IMG/VR virus record: IMGVR_UViG_3300021091_000011
Origin: a virus
Lineage: Duplodnaviria > Caudoviricetes
Direction: 5' to 3' (one strand)
DNA: 64,000 nucleotides
The translations under genes were made by a program, and so were the position numbers. Position 1 is the first letter of the stretch; the number at the start of each line of letters is the position of its first letter. Positions 36,800 through 45,200 of this stretch are shown in pieces. The notes below the pieces were generated by a model, which saw only the letters and a list, made by a program, of their open reading frames with translations, searched no databases and was not told the origin of the DNA.

Positions 36800-37468
36800 T
36801 TAGCAGCAGGACTCGTGGTAGCAACCGGAAGCCTTGCCCGGCGGGTCGTAGACCATATCGCTCCCGCTATGGATAGGCTCATGGCATCCGGCGCAAATCA
36901 CGTCGAACGGCGCACGCACCGTCGGCAACAGCACCCGCTCAGGCTTCAACGGCTCAGGCTCAGGCTTCGACACACCCGCATTCGGCGACCATCGCGCCGC
37001 CATGTTCTGAAGCTCGGCAAGCGCGGCGTTCCGGCACTCGTGTCGCAAAGGGCATCCGTCGCACGTCTTGGCCTTGTGTGACCACCCGCCGAAACACGGC
37101 GTCATGTTCATCGCCACCCGCGCGAAGTACGCATCGCCGCCGTAACCCTCGCCCTCGCCCAAAGCGCGAGCCTCGGGCAAAAGGGGCAAGACCGTCCGCG
37201 TCGGCTCCACCACCACCGCTGGCGCGGGCTCCGCGATCACTTCGGCCTGCTTCTCAGCGGCGTCGCCGTTCAGGACCTCGTACCTCGTCCGCGCATTACG
37301 CCCCCGATCAGGGAACGTCACCGCGCCCGCGTTCTTAAGATCGTTCAGCGCCGACTTGAGCGTTGGCTCGTCCATCGGGACGGCGAGATTCGCCACGATC
37401 TCGTCCCAAGAGCAATAACCCGAACCGTTTGCCGCACACGCGGCTTTGATTGCATTGACAATGTTCAT
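36800..37468 (-). CDS. Hypothetical protein (N-terminal wHTH-like, Cys clusters)
   Basis: GGGAG RBS; CDGCPLRHEC and CAGC...CYHESCC. Confidence 0.7.
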   Translation of the reverse strand: MNIVNAIKAACAANGSGYCSWDEIVANLAVPMDEPTLKSALNDLKNAGAVTFPDRGRNARTRYEVLNGDAAEKQAEVIAEPAPAVVVEPTRTVLPLLPEARALGEGEGYGGDAYFARVAMNMTPCFGGWSHKAKTCDGCPLRHECRNAALAELQNMAARWSPNAGVSKPEPEPLKPERVLLPTVRAPFDVICAGCHEPIHSGSDMVYDPPGKASGCYHESCC

Positions 37469-37490
37469 GTTGCACTCCCTTTTTGATTGC

Positions 37491-37534
37491 TTACACCATC
37501 CAAACGGTCAGTCAGCCCCGAAAAAACCGATTTT
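37491..37534 (-). promoter_or_regulatory. Bipartite motif, copy 6
   Basis: AAAATCGGTTTT-N15-CCGTTTGGATGGTGTAA. Confidence 0.7.
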
Positions 37535-37806
37535 CAGGACTGAAAGTTCGTCGGAGCCTGCCGCCCCAAGCCCAAATCGACCTCACGCGGGTCGTCCAGC
37601 GTCGGACAGCCGTTCAGGAACGACCGATAACGGTCGCATTGGTACGCGACTCGTCCGGGCGTGTTGCAGATCTCCACCTTGCGCCACGTCTTGAGCGGCG
37701 CACCGCGAAAGGCCGAAGCCTCGAACGTCTCGACCGTCTTCGCAGTCGAGTAGTCCGCAGCCTCCGGCGCTCCGGTGAAAACCACAACCGTCACGAAACT
37801 CTCCAT
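37534..37806 (-). CDS. Small hypothetical protein downstream of the tandem RNA units
   Basis: AGGAG RBS, ATG 37806, MESFVTVVVF... Confidence 0.6.
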   Translation of the reverse strand: MESFVTVVVFTGAPEAADYSTAKTVETFEASAFRGAPLKTWRKVEICNTPGRVAYQCDRYRSFLNGCPTLDDPREVDLGLGRQAPTNFQS

Positions 37807-37824
37807 GCTCACGCTCCTGAAAGT

Positions 37825-37945
37825 AGGGTCAAACAGATTGTGCGCTTTTAGGCCCCGTAGGAAGTCTCGGGTAGCCTCACCGAAACCGACTGACAAGCCC
37901 GAAGGCCCGCTCCTACGCGGCTAGAAACGCACAATCTGTCAAAGA
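37825..37945 (-). ncRNA. Structured RNA candidate, unit 2
   Basis: Perfect 12-bp ACAGATTGTGCG/CGCACAATCTGT stem, inner CGTAGGA/TCCTACG stem and a UUCG hairpin on the minus strand. Confidence 0.55.
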
Positions 37946-37947
37946 TG

Positions 37948-38069
37948 AGGGTCAAACAGATTGTGCGCTTTTAGGCCCTAAAGGAAAGTCTCGGGTAGCC
38001 TCACCGAAACCGACTGACAAGCCCGAAGGCCCGCTCCTATACGGCTAGAAACGCACAATCTGTCAAAGA
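37948..38069 (-). ncRNA. Structured RNA candidate, unit 1
   Basis: Near-identical tandem copy starting a few nt after motif copy 7. Confidence 0.55.
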
Positions 38070-38078
38070 AACCGTCGC

Positions 38079-38123
38079 TTACACCATCCAAACGGTTTCG
38101 AACCGTCAGGAAAACCGAAAATC
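38079..38123 (-). promoter_or_regulatory. Bipartite motif, copy 7
   Basis: Consensus with a 15-nt spacer; overlaps the stop of the DUF6011-like gene. Confidence 0.75.
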
Positions 38124-38553
38124 AACCGCGACCATCGCAAATCGGCCCAAGCCCCGACTCAAGCGACTCCGGATGCGTGAGCTTCCGGCCACACTTGCCA
38201 CACTTGCCGTCGTGCCACACTTCAAGGCCCTCGGGGATCGTCCCCGCCGCGATGCGCTCCCACGCCCAAGCGAAAGCCTTGTGACTCGGAGCGTCCGCAC
38301 CGATCTTCGACTTCGCCGTGCGAATGAACCCACCGTTGGCCCCGATCAGGCCCATGTACGCATAGGACGCCTCGTTGTCAGGACCGTTCAGGACCTTGAC
38401 GAACCGAACCTTGCCGCCGTCCTTCGGCTCCTGCACCTTGAAGGTGAAGTGACGGCCCGTGGCCGTGCTCTTGAAAGTCACCGTGGCGTTGCCGCCAAGG
38501 ATGAAAGCAGCGGCGTGGTCGGCGTTCTGGATCGGGCGGGCGTTCGCGTTCAT
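38122..38553 (-). CDS. DUF6011-like zinc-finger protein
   Basis: C-terminal CGKCGRKLTHPESLESGLGPIC; AGGAG RBS before ATG 38553. Confidence 0.75.
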   Translation of the reverse strand: MNANARPIQNADHAAAFILGGNATVTFKSTATGRHFTFKVQEPKDGGKVRFVKVLNGPDNEASYAYMGLIGANGGFIRTAKSKIGADAPSHKAFAWAWERIAAGTIPEGLEVWHDGKCGKCGRKLTHPESLESGLGPICDGRG

Positions 38554-38585
38554 GTTCGGTGCTCCTAGTTTGCTTGGTTCGTCGC

Positions 38586-38684
38586 TTACACCATCCAAAC
38601 GGTCGCAGGACGCCCGAAAAACCGAAAAAGTGACGTCGATTTTCGGTTTTCTTAGCCCGAAGCAACCGTTTGGATGGTGTAAGC
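38586..38684. promoter_or_regulatory. Back-to-back divergent bipartite motifs, copies 8 (minus, 38586-38629) and 9 (plus, 38638-38684)
   Basis: AAAACCGAAAA-AGTGACGTCGA-TTTTCGGTTTT dyad core; each arm has a 15-nt spacer. Confidence 0.8.
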
Positions 38685-38713
38685 GCAAGAAACCACTTTC
38701 TAGGGAGCCTTCG

Positions 38714-38851
38714 ATGAAGTTCCGCGACAACAAGATTGCCACCGCCCGCACCGAGGCGGGAATCGTGCGATCCAAGGCGGCTCGCAAGGCCGCGATCCGC
38801 GCGGTACGCCGCGCACGCATCCTCTTCATCGAGGATAGCGCGAAGAACTGA
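38714..38851 (+). CDS. 45-aa basic protein, cassette copy A
   Basis: MKFRDNKIATARTEAGIVRSKAARKAAIRAVRRARILFIEDSAKN; GGGAG RBS. Confidence 0.7.
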   Translation: MKFRDNKIATARTEAGIVRSKAARKAAIRAVRRARILFIEDSAKN

Positions 38852-38852
38852 T

Positions 38853-38899
38853 GATTTTCGGTTTTCCAAGCGGCCCCGAACCGTTTGGATGGTGTAAGC
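38853..38899 (+). promoter_or_regulatory. Bipartite motif, copy 10
   Basis: Consensus with a 15-nt spacer, right after TGA. Confidence 0.75.
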
Positions 38900-38928
38900 G
38901 CAAGAAACCACTTTATAGGAGACTTTCG

Positions 38929-39066
38929 ATGAAGTTCCGCGACAACAAGATTGCCACCGCCCGCACCGAGGCGGGAATCGTGCGGTCCAAGGCGGCTCGC
39001 AAGGCCGCGATCCGCGCGGTACGCCGCGCACGCAGCCTCTTCATCGAGGATAGCGCGAAGAACTGA
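38929..39066 (+). CDS. 45-aa basic protein, cassette copy B
   Basis: Differs from copy A by one residue (I to S); AGGAGA RBS. Confidence 0.7.
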   Translation: MKFRDNKIATARTEAGIVRSKAARKAAIRAVRRARSLFIEDSAKN

Positions 39067-39111
39067 GATTTTCGGTTTTCCAAGCGGCCCCGAACCGTTT
39101 GGATGGTGTAA
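39067..39111 (+). promoter_or_regulatory. Bipartite motif, copy 11
   Basis: Consensus with a 15-nt spacer, right after TGA. Confidence 0.75.
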
Positions 39112-39141
39112 CCACAACTTGAAACCTTGCAGGAGTAGAAC

Positions 39142-39510
39142 ATGAAATTCGTCAACCTCACGCCCCACGATATCGTGCTCGCGTCCGGCGAGAACAACGC
39201 CAAGCGCATGACGATCCCCGCGAGCGGGATCGTCGCGCGAGTCTCAAGCACGCCCGGCGCGGCTGAGACAATCGACGGCGTGCCCGTCCCCGTGATGGGC
39301 CGTCAAACTTGGGGCAGCGTCGAAGGTCTCCCCGACCCCGTGCCCAACACACTCTACATCGTCAGCGGGGTCGTTCTCGCTCGACCCGAGTGCCAAAGCC
39401 GTATGGACGTCGTTGGCCCGGGCACCGGACCCAACGACAACGCCATTCGATACACCGACGGTCCCCGAAAGGGGCAGGTCGAAGCGGTCACCCGACTCGT
39501 TCGCGGTTGA
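39142..39510 (+). CDS. NLTPH-motif small phage protein
   Basis: MKFVNLTPH...IPASGIVARV...GLPDP..NTLYIVS. Confidence 0.75.
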   Translation: MKFVNLTPHDIVLASGENNAKRMTIPASGIVARVSSTPGAAETIDGVPVPVMGRQTWGSVEGLPDPVPNTLYIVSGVVLARPECQSRMDVVGPGTGPNDNAIRYTDGPRKGQVEAVTRLVRG

Positions 39511-39511
39511 C

Positions 39512-39556
39512 GATTTTCGGTTTTCCAAGCGGCCCCAAACCGTTTGGATGGTGTAA
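39512..39556 (+). promoter_or_regulatory. Bipartite motif, copy 12
   Basis: Consensus with a 15-nt spacer, right after TGA. Confidence 0.75.
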
Positions 39557-39587
39557 CCCTAACTTGAAACATTCCTTGCAGGAGTAG

Positions 39588-40670
39588 ATGAACATGAACG
39601 CGATCCCCAACGAAGTGCTCGAAGCGTGGCAGAACCGCCCGATCAAGACCCGCCGCCCCGCCCCCCGACTCGTCGATCTCACCGTTGAGATTGGCGACGT
39701 CGAAGTGCCCGTCGATACGGGCATCACGGCGAGCGATTGCTTGCCTATGCCCGAAGGCTACAAGTTCCCCACTAAGGGTGCGGCCAAGAAGTGTACCGAG
39801 CGCGCAATCCACGCGCTCGTGAAGGGCCGAAACGCCTTCATTCACGGGATGCCGGGCACGGGCAAGGACGCAATCGTCCACGCCTTCAGCGCCATGACCC
39901 GCAAGCCCGTGCTCATGGTCACTTTCCGGCCCGGGACCGATCTCGCACCTTGGTTCTATATGCGGTCATACACGGCGGGCGAAACCGGATGGCGCTACGG
40001 CGCACTCTGGAACGCACTCACCGAGGGCGTTATGGGCACCGACGGTAAGCCCCGCGCACCGCTGATCCTGCTCTCCGACGTTGACCGCGCCGATAGCGCG
40101 CAAGCAGAGTGGTTCCGAATCTTGACGGACAGCATTTCGGGCCGGATTCTCGGACCCGATGGACGCATGGTGCCGATCTTCCCCGGTACGCAGTTTGTCT
40201 GCACCGCCAACTCCTGCGGCACGGGCGATAGCCGTGGCCGCATGACCAGCGCAAACCCCATCGACGCCTCCATCATGGACCGCTTGGGCCGCGCAATCGA
40301 GTTCACCTACCTGCATTGGGACGACGAGGTTCAGGTCCTCCGCGAGAAGTTCCCGCTTCTCGTCGAAAAGGCCCCCGACGTGTTCACGCAGTTGCAGGGG
40401 TGCTGCGAGGCACTTCGCAAGGCAATCAAGAACGAGGAAATCTACGGCGAGTTCACGCACCGTGGCATCTGCGACGTGCTGGCCGAAGCCCAAGACCGAC
40501 TCGAAATTACGGGCAAGAGCGACAAACTGCTTCAAACAGGCTTCATGGCTTGGCTCCACCGACTCGACGCCGATAACCGACTCGCCGCAAAGCGACTCAT
40601 CGACCCCTTTATGAAGGGTGGCGCAATCGCCGACGACATTGGTGAGGCCGAATCCACCGAATCCCCCTAA
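39588..40670 (+). CDS. MoxR/CobS-like AAA+ ATPase
   Basis: Walker A GMPGTGKD, FVCTANS, IDASIMDRL. The Walker B position reads LLSDVDR. Confidence 0.85.
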   Translation: MNMNAIPNEVLEAWQNRPIKTRRPAPRLVDLTVEIGDVEVPVDTGITASDCLPMPEGYKFPTKGAAKKCTERAIHALVKGRNAFIHGMPGTGKDAIVHAFSAMTRKPVLMVTFRPGTDLAPWFYMRSYTAGETGWRYGALWNALTEGVMGTDGKPRAPLILLSDVDRADSAQAEWFRILTDSISGRILGPDGRMVPIFPGTQFVCTANSCGTGDSRGRMTSANPIDASIMDRLGRAIEFTYLHWDDEVQVLREKFPLLVEKAPDVFTQLQGCCEALRKAIKNEEIYGEFTHRGICDVLAEAQDRLEITGKSDKLLQTGFMAWLHRLDADNRLAAKRLIDPFMKGGAIADDIGEAESTESP

Positions 40671-40678
40671 AAAGCGCC

Positions 40679-40723
40679 GATTTTCGGTTTTCCTAGACCG
40701 AACCAACCGTCTGAATAGTGTAA
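40679..40723 (+). promoter_or_regulatory. Bipartite motif, copy 13 (GAATAGTG variant)
   Basis: GATTTTCGGTTTT-N15-CCGTCTGAATAGTGTAA. Confidence 0.75.
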
Positions 40724-40760
40724 GCGCCACTTGAAACATTCCTTGCGGGAGTAGCCGAAC

Positions 40761-41132
40761 ATGAACACGATTGTCACTTTTAGAGGCCGAAACACGGCGG
40801 GTATCCTCGACGATGCCCGCGCCAATGGCCTGCTCACCGACGAGAGCAAGGTCATCGTCGTCTCCCGAGAGGGTGACGCACTCGCAGGGCCGTCCGACGT
40901 GACGAATGCGCCCATGCCCGATGACGATCAGGTCATCGGCGAGCTTATCGTCATCGCCAACGGCGGGACGACCAAGCAATCCGCGAAGTATTTGTTCAAT
41001 TTAGGCAAGTACGACGTGGCATCGCACTACGGCGACCGCCCACGGAACAAGTTTCGGGTCGTCGAGATTCAACAAGGCGGCGCATACGAAGTGCTCTGCC
41101 GATGGGGTTACACCCAACTGCCAAACGAGTAA
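40761..41132 (+). CDS. Hypothetical cassette protein
   Basis: Shares the CTTGAAACATTCCTTGCRGGAGTAG leader with 39588. Confidence 0.7.
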   Translation: MNTIVTFRGRNTAGILDDARANGLLTDESKVIVVSREGDALAGPSDVTNAPMPDDDQVIGELIVIANGGTTKQSAKYLFNLGKYDVASHYGDRPRNKFRVVEIQQGGAYEVLCRWGYTQLPNE

Positions 41133-41134
41133 GT

Positions 41135-41443
41135 ATGAAGCGCGATTCAGAAACACGCTGGCTGACTAAGATACTGCCTGTGGTGCAGGCTTACAGCCAA
41201 GCCGTCGCCTACAACGAGTTCGTCACGTTTTTGAACCCGAAGTACAGGGGACAAAACTTCAGTTGGGTCCGCTTCGTGGACATCTGCGAAAGAACCGCCG
41301 AGATCTCGGCGTACTCATGCTTTTCAGTCCGTGATTGGAATAAGTACCAAGACCGAATCACGGAGCACGCCAAACGATACGTCCGCTTGCACGCGCAAGA
41401 AGCGTTGGAGCGTTCTGGAATCCTGGAATGGTGGGAGAAGTAA
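41135..41443 (+). CDS. Hypothetical protein
   Basis: Co-oriented, 2 nt after the previous stop. Confidence 0.6.
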   Translation: MKRDSETRWLTKILPVVQAYSQAVAYNEFVTFLNPKYRGQNFSWVRFVDICERTAEISAYSCFSVRDWNKYQDRITEHAKRYVRLHAQEALERSGILEWWEK

Positions 41444-41530
41444 ATATGTTCGACTCATACCAGCCCATTAAGAACCACCTCGACCACAACACCAAACTCA
41501 AACATCAGTCAGACGGATCAGGTGATTCAT

Positions 41531-41555
41531 AAAAAGGCTCCTCGCGGGCCTTTTT
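41531..41555. terminator. Intrinsic terminator closing the cassette region
   Basis: AAAAAGGC-TCCTCGCGG-GCCTTTTT. Confidence 0.8.
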
Positions 41556-41734
41556 GTTTTTACTCGTCTGATTTTAACGCGCGTGTTTGTCTATACGAAT
41601 GAATCAAATAGATTCAACCTAAATCCATACGGCCTTTACACGACCTTATTTCTTAGTGATTACAAAGACTTGCTTATCGAACCCATCTTGAGTTTGAATC
41701 GGTAAAATACAGGGCGCACAGAAAAAGGCGAAAG

Positions 41735-42292
41735 ATGAGCCTTAGTATCTCACTTAACTCTAGTGCTGCGAAGTCCGGTATCTCTGGACCGCTTTGGTTT
41801 GCGTTTAGTCGAGAATTCGGCTTGGCTTTGGCTTCATGGTTGAACGCGAGTGCCTACGGCTATTCGCCTCTTGGTATTGCGCCTCCGGCTCCGTCTCCGA
41901 TTTCAGTAACGGGCTCGGGTCGATTGCAGACGTTTCGTGTGAGGTCACCTTCTGGCGTCAGTTCGGGACCTTTGGGCGTGAACACGGAGCGTGCGATTCT
42001 GGATGCGTTGGTTTTCGTGCCAATGGTTTTGAAGCCTCTAGGTTCTGGTTCGGGCTCTGGTGTGAGTCCTATATTGCCTTCGGGTAGTTTCCGTTCGAGT
42101 CTTGGTCCGTTGGGTGGTTATCTGGTCGCGCGTGTGGGGACGTTATCTGGTCCTGTTGGCAAGTCTTGGCTTTTGGATTTCGGTACTCGTCTGGAATCAG
42201 GTATGTCGTTTGTGGGTACTGCGACGGTGATTTCTCAAGTGCCTGTCCCCGTCCCCGTGATCGTATCTGTGGGGGTGATATGTCCTTTGTGA
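41735..42292 (+). CDS. Putative virion protein (S/G/V/P-rich)
   Basis: Overlaps the start of the giant ORF; similar composition. Confidence 0.55.
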   Translation: MSLSISLNSSAAKSGISGPLWFAFSREFGLALASWLNASAYGYSPLGIAPPAPSPISVTGSGRLQTFRVRSPSGVSSGPLGVNTERAILDALVFVPMVLKPLGSGSGSGVSPILPSGSFRSSLGPLGGYLVARVGTLSGPVGKSWLLDFGTRLESGMSFVGTATVISQVPVPVPVIVSVGVICPL

Positions 42293-45200
42293 TTAGCGGG
42301 TCTGGTGATCTATCTGGTGCGGTGGTCTGTGTGCCGAGCATCTGGATTAGACTTGGTGATCCTTGGACGAGGGTTTGTCCTCAACCTGCGAACGCGGTCA
42401 ATCTTTTTGCATCAGCCGCCGTGAACAATAGCAATAGTGCGGTCACTCTCACGCCTCGTGCGGTCGACTTGTATCATTGGGTTGAATCTGGCGTTGAGGT
42501 TAGAAATGTCGGCGCGATTAAGCCTTCTGGCAACGTCATACCGAGTGGGTTTGCTGTTGGCGATCAACTGCCTGATTACTTTCTTTTGGGTTTGGGCGGT
42601 GTGAGTGTTGATTGCGAGTTAGTGAGTAACAATCCCGGTGGCTTAACGCCTAATAGGGCTTACCTAAACATTAACAACGGCGAGTTTTACTTAGGCGCGG
42701 GCTTGATACTCGAAACTTTGCAGTACGGCCTAGACACCGTGCAGAGTTTAGTGGTTGGGGGGGATAACAAGGCCCGAGTTTGGGTGAATACGCTGCGTGT
42801 TGGCTTGGGTTTGGTTTTGTCTGACTGTATCTACGGCGTGTTAAACTGCCGTCTAGTAATCTCTGACTCAGACTTGCCTTTGCCTGCTGGTATTAGCCCG
42901 ACTGAGTTTTACTTATCGCTTGCTTCGGGCTTGTGTGTATTTTCTTCGGTTTATATTTCTGGTCGTGTGCTGAAAATCTTGGGCGTGGGCGTTTCTAGTA
43001 ATCCCGTGCCGAATGTTCGTCATGTAGTATTGAATGCGAACGGTCGTGGACAGGTTCCCGCAGCCGATTCGTTGACCTTGTGGCCGTCGAACTTAGCGGG
43101 TTGGTCGCGTGGGCCGATTACGGCGGTTGGCGATAGACCTTCGGCGTGGGGTGTTGTTACTGAGAATTCGGGCGAGTTGTTTATCGTGGGCAAGCGTGAT
43201 TTGCTTGCGATTGTCGAGTATGACTCGGACTTGCCGACGCAGGGTTACGGTTTGAATCGTGAGCGGGGGTATTACTCGCTTGAGTCTGGTGCTTTGCAGG
43301 TTCGTTCGGGTGTGGGCAACGAAGTTGTTGATTTCAAGTGTGGGTTAGTGCCTGTTGGTTTTGAGGCTCCTGTTGGCGTCGTCAGTTTAGTGGGTTTGCT
43401 TCGTGGTCCGTTTGACTTGAGCGGCGAGACATTTGTTTTCGCGCTTGACGGCGTTGTGACGTCATTTACGTTGCCGATTGGTAGATATACTTCGGGTCAG
43501 TTGGCCGTGTTGCTTAATGCGGCCTCTGGTGTTCCGAATGCGTGGTTTGATTTAGCGGGTGGTTTGGCTTGCGTAGCGAACGCGAGCATTGAGATTGGTT
43601 GGGGCGACGCTCGTATTGGTTTCGCGCAGGGTTGGATTGTCACGTCGGGCGCGCGTTGGAATTCTTACAACGGCTTGGCGATGGGCTTATATCGTCAGGT
43701 GGGCGAGGGGGATTTGACCGTCCGTTTGTACGGCGAGGTGGACGATGAGATTCTGGTCGAGAAGATCGGCGAATCTTCGTTGGTCTATTTGGGTCAAGGT
43801 TTTCCGGACGCGCTGCAATCTGGTTATGAGCCCGATGGTTTCTTTGAGATTGTGGGTTCCAACGGCTTGATTTCGCAGCCGTTGTCGGGTCGTCCGACGG
43901 CGGGCGTTTTCACGAGTTCGTGGGGCGTGGGTTTGCTTTTAGATTGCGTGGAGCGCAATCGTTTCTCGTGGGTCGAGCGTTTTGAGACGGGGTCTATTTC
44001 AGTAGACAACGGCGTGGATCAAATCACGCTCGACGGCTTGGGCGTGATTTCACTTACTCTTGAGGTCCAAGAGCCGAATTTGCCGTGGTTGCCGCAGGAG
44101 TATGTTCTCGTCGGCAACACGGCGTTGTTTTCATCGCGCATCGGCGCGGATTTACTATCGGGCGGCGTGGGCGAGTCTGTATCTGGCGTTTTCACGGACG
44201 TCACGATTGCTGATTTCACAGTTGCAAACGTGAACGTCGGTGACTTGCTGGTGACGAGCGATAATCTCGTCTATCGAATCATCAGCGTCGCGGCGGGTGC
44301 GTTGGGTTTATATCCGAGTGATTCGTTCGGGCTTGTGGGTTGGCAGGTTTTAGATACCGAGCCTGTTGGTTTAGCCGTGTACGATCCGGCTTTGATTGCC
44401 GACAGGCAGTTTTTACAGTTGCCGACGTGGGACGGTGGTGATCCGTTTGCGATTCGGGTGATTACGCCGTTATCGGGCGCGACGGCGAATCTTTCTAAGC
44501 CCTATGCGAAGTCGCTCCGTTACGGTGCTGTGGACGCGGGCAATAGTGCTTTGGACTTGCTTGTGCGTGGCGTGAGCATGGGCGCTTTGTCCTCGCAGAT
44601 GCAGATGCCTGCTTTTGTTTTGTCAGACCCGCATTACACGACGAGTACGGCGGGTGGTTTTTACTTCAGCCTTCGTGTGCCGACGGCTGTGATCGTGATT
44701 ACGTCGGCCTTCACGGTGCCTTCGCCGCCGCTTGGCGTGATCGAAGTCGGCCTATTCGGTTCGGGCATCAGCGGCCAAGTGCGTGTCGCATCGAACTTAG
44801 TGACGGCCTATGCTGATTTATTGGTCTACTACGATCAAGAGTTCTTGCCCGCTGGCGTGATCGTGAACGCCGAGGGCGATATAGCGACGGGTGCATTGAA
44901 CATTCCGACGGCGTATGCGGGCGAGTCGTTGTTCTTGGTCGAGAAATACACGTCGGATTCGGTGACGGTGAGCCCTGTTCCGGGCACGGCGTTTTTTCAG
45001 ACGCCGATTGAGCCGAGGCAATACGTTGAGGCGACGTATTACCCGACGAACTCGGGTGGTGTGAATAAGACGGGCGACTTGATTGTCGAGTTCATGCCCA
45101 TTTCGATTCGATTGGAGGAAGCGACGCGCATCAATGCGCGGCTTTACAGTTTCAATCCATCGGGCTTGGCGTATGACTCTGCTTCGGAGCCGATGATTTG

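Noticed and set aside
37825-38069. Hammerhead ribozyme, tRNA or known riboswitch
   Set aside because: CUGA and GAAA on the plus strand are only 4 nt apart and lack the CUGANGA core. There is no cloverleaf or T-loop and no aptamer consensus that I recognise.
38554-39168. Long N-terminal extension of the 38122 ORF
   Set aside because: It runs through promoter repeats and antisense to real cassettes; an RBS and promoter support ATG 38553.
24809-40723. Dispersed repeats read as a CRISPR array or integron attC sites
   Set aside because: They are separated by whole genes, occur on both strands and have a variable 15-nt interior. No cas or integron integrase gene is seen, and each precedes an RBS.
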